Positions 46,899-57,200 of a stretch of 64,000 nt of DNA are shown in pieces. A model generated the notes under the pieces. That model did not search any database, was not told where the DNA came from, and saw only the letters and a list, made by a program, of their open reading frames with translations. The stretch spans positions 1,034,609-1,098,608 of the forward strand of contig CAJINV010000018.1 of assembly GCA_905178155.1 (NCBI GenBank). The letters run 5' to 3'. Both the position numbers and the translations under genes were made by a program. Source of the stretch: Amoebophrya sp. A120 (Eukaryota; Protista; Dinoflagellata). Each line of letters begins with the position of its first letter. Within the stretch, counting starts at the first letter, position 1.

Positions 46899-49800
46899 TT
46901 ACACAGCCACCACGACATTCTCTCTTTCCAGCAAACTTTTTTTCAACAACGCCCCCTGTGGCCCGACTTCTCCCACGGCCGGGGAGTTGACCGAATAGGA
47001 GCAAGACCCAGAGTTTGGCGAGATCAAGAGGTTCATCGTAGCCGCGGGGCTAGTGAACTCTTCTTCTCCACAGTCCGGGTTCCCGAACGACCCGATAACC
47101 CCATCCTCGTAGGAAAACAGGCTCGGGAACCGCAGCAACCCGCCGTAAATCAGCTGTCCGAGGATGAGCGAGCCGAACCCGGCCAGCTTATGGCATTTTT
47201 CCCAAGCGTTTCTTGCAAGTGTCGCTTTTCTGACATGATTTGTCATGCGGAATTATCATCATCCTTCATATCATCAAGCTACTTCGCATGACAAGTTCTT
47301 CACCGGCTGCATAGCATCAGAATCCGAACCAAATCTGTAAGTAATGCAAGACGCGTAAGTTCTTCCTCCCACTTCCTTTCGCTTTTGCATTTCCTTGCAG
47401 TTGCATCGATGAACAAAGGCCATGTGCTATATAGCAATCATTGTAAAAACGTTTGAGAACGCCATAGAGCTGCAGGTAGGAGTAGGGCGTCCAGGGTTCG
47501 CCAAAATCACTTGTCGGGTCGACGCAGTAGAAGTAGAAGATCCCGGTCAGCCACACCACCATCGTGCGCCAGGCGTCCAGCATGGTCCGGTGGACGGCGG
47601 ACAGGTAGCGGGTGATGCTCATGCCGCAGAAGTTGTAGAACGAGCAAGTGAGCAGGTAGGTCACGGTGAGGACGAAGGTATGGAAGGTGAGAAAAGTGAT
47701 GTTGATGATCGTTGTTGCGAAATCAAGTTAATAAATCGTCGCGATGACATGAAGCATAAATTCAGTCTAGTACGACGCTGGGATTTTTATATGAGCTACA
47801 TACAGATGCACGATGGGGAATTGCGTTTTCTTCGTTCGTGCTTCACATTCACTTCACTCACGAATAAAATTATAAAAGTTTCAATTGGATAAATCAACGT
47901 CGTGCTATTCCGGATCATCGCCTGGGGTAAGTCGTGTTTTCGTACCGCGATAGAGCAGGACAAGGACCACAACTTCTGATGCGAGAACCACGATCACTGA
48001 CTGGTTTTCTCATGCGAGGAATCAATGTGATTCATTCAGACCACAAACTACTGGTAAAAAAAAAATGCAAAACCAAAAACTCTCTACAATACGAAAGTGT
48101 CCAGTAGGTTTTCTTGGGAGTTCCCAAAATCCGCTCCGGGTAGGTTGTACAGGATTGGGAAGCCGATGAAAGTCAAAATTCCGAACCCCCAGAGCCCTTC
48201 GATTCCCACCACGATTGCGGGCGGCAGCTGATATCCAAGAAAAAAACTGTGTCACTGTAACTTTCTTTGGCGGACAGCATTACAGATTTGCTCTAAATGA
48301 CAGAGAAAACCTGTCATGCGTGGCTTCTAAGCGAAAGCACACACGAAAAGAGGACTTCATGGGTGTCTGGCATGACAGGTGTAACTCTGTTGCATCTTCT
48401 GCATCACAGATTTACACTTACACAGTTTTTTCCTTGCATAGCTGGTTGCAGTCCTTCAAAATAAACTCCTCCGTGACCACCTGGCAGGCCGAGATGAACT
48501 GGCCGAAAAGCACCAACGCCATGCCGAAAAGCCGTATCAAATATAAAAATGTCTGGGTCTGGAAGATTGCAACTTGTCATGCTAAATCTGCACCATGCAA
48601 AAATCTGTGTTGCATGATTACCAAAAGTCGCCCAATTTTGACCAAGTCGGGAGGTAGTTTCTCATGCAGGATAGGCATTAGAAAGCTCTCGCAGAATCTG
48701 TCATGCTAGCTCCGTCCGGCATTCCAGACCTCATGGGTCATGGAAAAGCAGCATGACAAGTCGCGCATTCTTCCAGACCCCGACATTTTTACATTTGATA
48801 AGCCGCGAATTGTTCTGGTTTGTTTCCTCTTCCACAGTGGACTGGGAGCTGCTGCCCGAAGGGGTGGCGGTTGCCGCCCACATGTTTGTGTCAAAAGTAA
48901 AAATGTCTGGGTCTGGGAACTTGTGATGCTGGGTGGCGTCTCATGATGAGGCTAAAAATGCTGGCTCAGCATGACAAGTTTCTGAGCTCCTAGGTGTTGC
49001 CTATTCTGCATGACAAACTGTGCTCCTGCATCACAGAAAAGCGGAGCTCTTGGGCAACGTGCATGACAGATTTAAGAGTCATGCCAGACAAGCATGACAA
49101 ACATGAATTCTTCCAGACCCAGACATTTTTACAGTTGATAGTTTGCCGTCCCGACCATGAGAATCCCGCACACGCAAAGTCCTATCAAATGCAAACATGT
49201 CTGGGTCTGGAAGAATGCAAACTTCTCATGCATATTTTCCATGCCCCACGAGGTGTGGAATGCAGGACCCAGCATAACAGGTTCTGCGACGTCCCTATCA
49301 TGCCTATCCTGCATGACAAACTGCCCCTAAACTTGTTCAAAAGTGGACAGCGTTTGGTACTCATGCAACACAAATTTTTGTACGATCCAGACTTAGCATG
49401 ACAAGTTCGCGTCCTCCCAGACACAGACCTATTTGCAATGCATAAGTCCGATACCCGCCCAATTGTAGGCAAACAGGTGGCGTTTCAGGCAAAGGACGGA
49501 AAGGATACCGGAAAAGACGACCATACCTGAAGATGGGATCATTATTTTCGACGTTCTGCATGTGGATGGATTAGAGGAAAGGAACAATGAAGCAGGAGGT
49601 GCCTAATTATGTCAAAGAAAGAGCTCCTTTTGTGAAAATGCATCGAATTCGAATGTGCAGTCGTGGGGTAAAGTAAAATACTGCATTTTTCTCTGTCAAA
49701 GAAAAACATCGAACTACTTCCTCGCAGCATCTGCCACACGCTCGCCGAGATGTGCAGCAGCCCGATGAAGCTTAGTGTGGATGAGGTCAAGTCACAGCAG

Positions 49801-50628
49801 GCCGGTACCGCAATCAGAAGTGCGAGTTTCCTGTTCACGCCTTCCGCCTCGAAAAAGTTGGGGAGGGAGAAGAAACTTCTGGTGGTACTGATTTTATACA
49901 TTGCAAAAATGTCGGGGTCTGGAAGAAGACAAACTTGTGATGCGCATTTCAAAACACAGAAAAATCTCTCATGCATAGGTAGCAAAAGCTGCCCACTTTC
50001 TGTCACCAAAATCGGGGATCTGTCATGCGGATTAGGCATTGCGGAAGCTTCGCGAAACCTGTGATGCTAGAGCTTCCATGCCAGACCTTGTGTGTCATGC
50101 AAAAACAGCATGATTCTTCCAGACCCAGACATTTTTACATTTGATAGATTTCTTCAGTCAACATTTTGCTCTTTCCGGCGAGTGGTCGTGTCGTGTTGAA
50201 AACCTTGTAGCCCATGTACCCAAACAGCACCAAGCTCATGGCGAGAAACATGCGGTAGGACCCGAAAAACGGCTTCTTGAACTCGTGCAGTTGGCCGTCC
50301 AGCCCGATGGAACTGACGGAAAATATGAAAGCGCACAACTCCCCCTCGCCCTCATTCGTCATGCAAAACCCCAAATCTGGTTGGTGGCTTGTTGTGACAT
50401 GCTTTGCATGACAAACTCCGAAGCCCAAGCAGTACTTCTACGCTCGGTGCGTAATGAACTTGTCATGCGCAGGCTCTACTTGTGTTCGCGGTTGCATTAC
50501 TGTTCCCGCTATACAAATAAAGGGGAGGGGGAGTTGTGCACCCTCATAGAAAACTGGAGTTTTGTCGACAGGGTGTTCAGAGACCCGAAGACCATGAACC
50601 CCGTCACGAGTAGAACCGCGCGCATCAT
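46899..50628 (-). CDS. SLC35F6-like drug/metabolite (nucleotide-sugar) transporter, multi-exon
   Basis: Exons give MMRAVLLVTGFMVFGSLNTLSTKLQ..HEFKKPFF..MFLAM, IAVPACCDLTSSTLSFIGLLHISASVWQMLRGS, GQFISACQVVTEE, SFYNFCGMSITRYLSAVHRTMLDAWRTMVVW, GFGSLILGQLIYGG, all typical of SLC35F6. Confidence 0.85.
48232..48440. mobile_element. Introner family H
   Basis: Family H TIRs; flanks gctga/gctgg. Confidence 0.8.
48535..48800. mobile_element. Introner family A
   Basis: Family A TIRs; direct repeat agccg. Confidence 0.85.
48889..49140. mobile_element. Introner family A
   Basis: Family A TIRs; direct repeat gtttg. Confidence 0.8.
49183..49444. mobile_element. Introner family A (inverted relative to 12593-12854)
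   Basis: Family A TIRs; direct repeat agtcc. Confidence 0.85.
49895..50146. mobile_element. Introner family A
   Basis: Family A TIRs; direct repeat gattt. Confidence 0.85.
50324..50548. mobile_element. Introner family D
   Basis: Family D TIRs; direct repeat gaaaa. Confidence 0.85.
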
Positions 50629-51289
50629 TTTCTTGACTGATAATTTTCAAATCGAATTCGCAGTTTTAATATATTGCCTTACCTGTCAGCTCTTTTCCCT
50701 ACTGACGTATCTCAAAAATACAAAAATCACGTAGATGCTGTGTCTTCACTTCGCAAGAATAGTTCCTGCTTAGTACTAGAACCTCGATTGGTACTAAACG
50801 TGAGTACCACAGCCTCTCTCGTACTACTACGCTCCACCTCGGCTCAGTACACTTGCGGCATGTACTTGAAAAAGGACATTGAACAGACTGCGCTGAAAAC
50901 TTGCGGTAGTTGTGCTGACATCGTCGACATCAAGCCACAAAAGTTTCTCCAGCTTCATGAGTTGATGTGCAAAGAACCAACGATTCCCCCGACCTCAGGC
51001 TCAGGGATATAATTTGCATGTGTTTCGTATTGCGTCCGAGATGAGCGCTATTGTATCCAGAAGATGTTCCAACAAGCAATGGTCCATGCATGATCTTCTC
51101 GGTGTTTATTGTTCCTCCATCCCGCGTGGTCGGAGTAGCAAGTCGTGTAAGACCGATGTTCGTGAATACGGGAAAGAAGTACAACAACCAAATAAAAGCA
51201 CGATCCACCTATCCGGCGCGGGAGAGATGAACTGGCACTACGAAGCAAGGTCGCTAGTACGATATCACGCATGCCAAACTGCCATCCCC

Positions 51290-54200
51290 TCACGCGTTCT
51301 CCAAGGCAGAAATCAAGTATTTTATTTCCACCAAACTCAACCCCGTACCGTGCATGCCCGCGCGTGGCTGGTAAACCGTCACTGTGTTCTCCGCAAGTTC
51401 CAGGTTGCCTTTGTTGTCGTCCAAAAACAGAACTCGCTCGGCGTCTGGAAACGCCGTGGTCGTCGTGCCAAGAGCACCCAGCACTTGCTGCGGAGGTGCT
51501 GGGTGCTGTTGCGAATCATTTTCCAGATTAGCACCGCTGCTTTCCATCGCTACATGCTCTGCCCCTGCTGCGCTCATGCTGTCGAATAGGTTCACGATCT
51601 GCTCCGCCTTGTAGAATCCTTTTGGCCTGTTATTACAGTGAAAAATGCCCCCACCCCCGAACTACTTGGGAGCATTTGTATTGCAAACCTTTCCAAATGA
51701 CACATTCGCCCTCCTGCATCTATCAGCATCACAGGTTTCCAATCGTGAAGAGAGAAAATTTGTATTGCAAAAGACCCCAGCAAGAGCGGCACTTGTCATG
51801 CAAGCGACGCGATACACGCCTAGACTCTGCATAGCATCAGAAAGATTCATACTCCTTTCATGCATGACAAAAAGCTTTCATTTGGAGACTTCGCATCACA
51901 AATTTTTGCAATTTGAGGGGTGGGGGGCACTTTTCTCTGCAATACCTGTGCAACGTGTCCGAGGCGAGAATCCTGGCCTTGCTGTCGTACTGTTTCAGGT
52001 CATATGCATTGCAACTATGTCTGGCCCTGGAAGACAGTAACTTGTGATGCTAAATCTGCATCATGCTGAAATCTGTGTTGCATAAGTGCCAAAAGCTTTC
52101 CACTTTCGACCAAGATAGTAGTAGTAGTAGTACCATTTAACTCCTGGCGGGTGGGCGTTAGAACAGATTTAGCCTCTGCCAATACCTGGGCGTTAGAACA
52201 GATTTAGCCTCTGCCGATGCCCCTAGGTGGAGACGCGGTCCACTTCCTAACTACCACCCGGCTGCACCTGCAAAACCGCTATCGATTGCTTACGCATGGC
52301 TACAGCCAGTGGGCGCTATGTGTGGCTGACCTGCCTTACCATCCAAGCCCGCGAGCAAGGTGGAGTTCCAGTATTGCCTTGATGGGTTAGTCTTACAAAC
52401 TTGCTCGAAGAACTACGCGCGTGGCCGGTTGCGCGCTAAAAAGTATACAGGGGGTCTAATGATCAGACACGGTGATCCTATCACGATGGCGGGCGACCCA
52501 ACGGCGTGTCCCTTTCAGACACGTTTTGCCGATCTTCTTCCCGCACCCTTTTATATGCGTTTCCATAGAAACGGCCCGCGGAGCTCCGCATTCGCAGAGC
52601 CGCCATCGCGCCCGCCCCGGGGGGACCCCTTGGGGAAGGGGGGCGCTGCATTAGCGCAGTCTTTTAAATTAGCAACCCTGGCACCACTTCTTTTATATAG
52701 TTTCTCTTTCTTCTCTTTCTTTTTCTTTTTGCTTCCTAGCGCGTCAGTGCATACGGTTCGCCGGTGCAAGGAGAGGAAAAGCAGCGCCGTGCCTTTACGG
52801 CTGGCGGGAACGAAATGATTAGCATCGCCGCACCCCTCCGGGCTGGCGGGAACGTGTCGAAACGAGGTCCATACGCAGTCTCATCATTTTTTATCGCTCT
52901 TTTCTGTTCCGTTTTGTGTCTACGCTCTTCCCTCTGCACCCGCCAGAACACCCCGCATTTGCCTTTTTCGCCTTGAGCCCCGGTCTGTGTCTTCTTTGCT
53001 CCTTTATTTCATTCACGTATGAGGCCTCTTATTGCCTCTACTTTGCTATCCATTCGTGAATCTCATCCAAAAAAGAATAAACGCACTGCAGTCACTATTT
53101 TCTCTCTCTTCCTTCATTTTCCATCGCTGTTTTCTTTTTCTAGGACTCTATACATTTGGGCTAGTTCTCGCTGCATAGGAGTTTCATACTGCATCCGCCT
53201 CCTCCTCCTCTTCTCCTCCTGCATCCTCTTCTCCTTCTCCCGCTGTTCTTTCTCTTTCTGCATCAATGTCGTGGGGTCATCTGCCATTAATTTCTCGACT
53301 GTGGGGAAGTTAGAGGCCTCCGTCGTTTGCTTCTTTTTTTCGTCTTCGTTTCCACCGTTTTGGTTCGCTTTCTCGTCTTTTTTCTCCACTTTTCTCCGTT
53401 TTTGCTGCTCTTGGTCCGCCTCTTTTTCATCTTGACCTTCCTCCGCCCGCTCCTTATTAATCGCGTCCCTTTTCTCATCCTCCCCCCACGCCACCAGATT
53501 CCGAAAAAATGCTCGCGCTGCCTCTTCTGGACCCTGATCTATGTAGTATCCCTGTCCCATCGCCCCTCTTTTGAACACATATCCTCTCCGAGTGCCTTCA
53601 TATTCTTGCGCCCCGTAGAAGCTTTTTTTTTCTTCCTCTTCTCCGTCTTCGCTGATCCCTTCCCCTTGGTCTCCTTCCCTCCTTCCCCTTTCTTTTTCGT
53701 TTGACTTTCTACCATCGTCTTCTTTATTCGCCTCCTCTACCTCCTGCAACAGTTTCGTCGCTTTTTGGATTATTCTGAATGCCCCCTGCGCCATCTCGTC
53801 ACCAGTTTCCTCTGCTTTCTTCTTCTCTTTCTCGATTAGTCGCAGTATAGTTTCAGAAAGTGTCTCTCCTTCCCTTCTTTCTTCCCCTTTTTCTTCTTGC
53901 TTTCTTTCTACATTTGCCCGGCTACTTTTACTTTGACTGCTTGCAGCGCCACTCTCCTTTCCTGTCCTCTCTGTGTTGGTGCTCTTTTTCGTTTCTTTCT
54001 TCTTTTGAGATTTCGCGCTGTCTTTCTCTCCTAAGCCTCGCTTCATTTCATCACCGTCCCCAGCTTCTACGTTTTCTTTCTTTTTGTCCCCTTCTGTCTC
54101 CTTTTCTTTCATTTTCCTATGTATGTATACCTGCCTTTCTATTTTTGACATTTCCGGCCATTCCCACACCGGTTTCAGTGGAATCCGCTTCGTTCCGAAG

Positions 54201-57200
54201 TCGAACCGCACCCAGTCCGTATACTCATTGTCGTGATTTAGCACGTTCGCCACCCTGAGCGGTATCTCTTCTTTGGTCCCTCCGTCTATATTTCTTGTCG
54301 CTTCCGCTCTGCTTGCAGTTCCTTTTCCCCATCTCGTTACTATAGTTAGGCCCGGGTCCTCACTTTCGGCTTTTTCTATTGTCTCCTGTAGCTCCAAGCC
54401 TATTCCATGCCCTTTTCGTAGTATCCCCCGCGTCTTCTCCCTTAACTCGTGGTAGTCTAGCAGTATAATCTGCACCGCTCCGCCTTCTTTCTTTCTCCTC
54501 TCTGTGACTATTTCTATGGCCCTCATTGCGTTGTTGCAGTATGCCGCGAAAGTCTTTTCCTCTGTTCTTATTTCAGTCTTTAAGTGCTCCACTTTTGTCT
54601 CTATCGTCCTCAGGTGTGTCTCCGTCCTTTCACTTGCCTCTTGTACTGTGACTGTTGTACTTCTTTCCTGTCCGGCATGCTTCACCCATATTTTTTGCAT
54701 CCTATCGCTCTGCCCTTTCTTCCCGAGGCCTCCTTTTCTGTTCCTGCTGACTACCAAACCCGCGCTCCCCCTGTGTGTATACTGATCCTCTACCCTTGGG
54801 GGACCCCGCGCGCTTCTCTCCTTCACGATCCCCACTGCACGCAGGTCGCTTCCCGGCGATAGCCTAACTGTCGCGCCATCCTTCAGCGCCCGCAGCAGTG
54901 CTATGTCGGCTTCTTTTCTTTTCAGCATTTTTCGTTCTTCTGTTTTCGGGATGCCCGCCTTTGCTTCGCCTACTACCTTTACTGGCGTCGTTGCTAATGG
55001 TGCGAACAAGGCCGGGTCTGTTAGGTAGTTTGCCTGCGCCGTTGCGCGTAGCGTTTTCAGTCCCATCGTGTACGGGTCAGCTAGTCCGAGTAAATTCATC
55101 CCGAACACTACCCTATAGAATGTCTCCGCCGTTGTTTCTGTTCTGGCCATCAGCTCTTCCACTGCCTCCGTTGTCATTCCCAGTGTTTCAGCTATTGTCA
55201 GCGCCATTTCGCCCATCAATTCCGCCCAGTCTCCTAGGTCGAAATATAAACGCATCACTGGCAGGAAGTATATCATTGCCGACACAAAGAAAACCCGCAC
55301 TACCCACGTGAGTTCCTCGCCGTTAAGCCTTCCCCTTTTCGCCATTACTTGGCACGCCAAGTGTTGCCCTATCCCTATACTTTGTCTGACCTGCCCCCTC
55401 AGGGCCTTGGCTTGTTCCGTTTTGTCTTTCGGCACTATTTTGATCCCCAGAATCTTCAGAAATGTCTTTTCCTCGAACAGAATCCCGAAAGGCTGGAAAG
55501 CCTGTCGGATCACGTTTACCTTCAGCGGGTCTTCTATCGACGTTGCAACTTCGCACTTCTGTGGTGCCAAAAATTGTCCTTCAGTTGCGTAGATTTCCTC
55601 ATATGCCCAGCTTGCTGCTTTGAGCGCGCGCGCTACTATTTTTATATCTTCGATAAAGAACTTTATTACAACTGTGCCGTCGTCCACGTATTGCACGCAT
55701 AGGGTCCATCTTCTTTTCCCGTCTCCGGGGAGTGTTCCGGAGTAGTATCGAGTCTCCGCCCTTTTTCCTTTCTCATTCACCTTTCTTTTTCCCTGCTCTG
55801 TCGTTACCTTCTCTCCCTTTCTGTATCCCGTGACTACTGGCGGGGCTTCTTTAAGGTAGATCTCGTCGACTTCTTCTCACTCTTACATTGTAATCGGGGA
55901 AAGTTGTATCGATATCGCCCCCCTTGTAAAGCCTTTTAATCCTCGTTCTCATCTTGGCTTCTGCTGCTTTTAGCCTTTCCTCTTCCGCCCTACCGTCTTC
56001 ATTGAAGATTTCTTCGAGGAACTCCGCGATTATTTCTACTCCTGGGAGGAAAATCAGGGTCCCCGCTAACATCGTTTCTACTGCGCCCTGAATGAGTTCG
56101 CGATGTCTTAGCACGTGTCCGTAACAATCCCCGTCTCTGATCCATAAGTCCTTCGTCCACGCTGTTACTATTATCAACTTTATGAAACACGGGTGCAGTT
56201 TTGCAGCTCTGTATGCTGCTACTGCCCTCGGTAGCCCTATATTGTTGAAATAGTTTGACGCATCTAGCCCAAAGACTACCGCTTCCTTTCTTCTTTTCTC
56301 TTGCCCATTGCCTCCCTCCTTTCTTTCGTCCGGTGTTTCCGCTTCGCCCCTCTCTTCCCCCTCGTGACATGTCTCCAGGACCTGCAGCGCTGTGGCTTGG
56401 CAGCTTGCTCCTGGTTTTGATGCTGATCCGCATCGGGTAAATGCGTCATTTTTGTCGGCTACCCGCGCCATTTCATATACCACTACGCTCAGCAACACCC
56501 TCACTATCGCTGTCCCCTGTATCACGGTCCGGATTTTTTCTATTGCCGTTGTTGCTGCTGTTTGTTTTTTCAACAGCTCCACCTGCACCGCATTGAGGTG
56601 CTCCTCCAGGAGCTTCGGCCCCTTTCCCTCGTTTCGTTTCATCTCATACTCCTCCACTTCTTTTAAAAACCTATTAAACGCCTCTGCTAACACTTGGTAT
56701 TGTTCTGGTGTGAGGGCGCGGTATATTCCTTGTCTGAGTCCATCCATGCCTGCTGCTTCACTGTTTAACTTTGAGACGTGTGCTTGTAATTGTGGCCCCG
56801 TAAATCGTATGCTCTTTACTTCTTTACATGCTTGCGTGAGCTGTCGTAGCGCTTTTTCGAGCTCTTTTCCGTCATATGTGTGCTTTTTGTCATTTTGCTT
56901 TCTCACGAATTCACACTTGAGGAGGTGGCTACTCGCTATCCTTTCTGTCGCTGCTTCCACCCCTTGCACTAGTGTGCCGCCTACTGTTACTTCCTTCGCC
57001 TCCCCCATCGGCATTCCTCTGCCTACCCCGCACACAGCTTCTTTTACCTTTCTAGCCGTCTCATAAACCGCTTTCTCGTTTTTCTCTTCCTTTTTTGGCT
57101 TTTCTGCGAATGACGCCAGCCAGGCCTTTTCCATTTCGTCCTGTTTCAACTTCTGCTCCTGTCGTCGTGCGGTTTCCTCGTCCTTCTCCTCTTTCTCTTG

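Noticed and set aside
52105-52120. Target-site duplication for the full-length LINE
   Set aside because: None found. Compared with intact family A copies (12593, 48535), about 10 nt of the purine-rich target are missing, i.e. a small target deletion.
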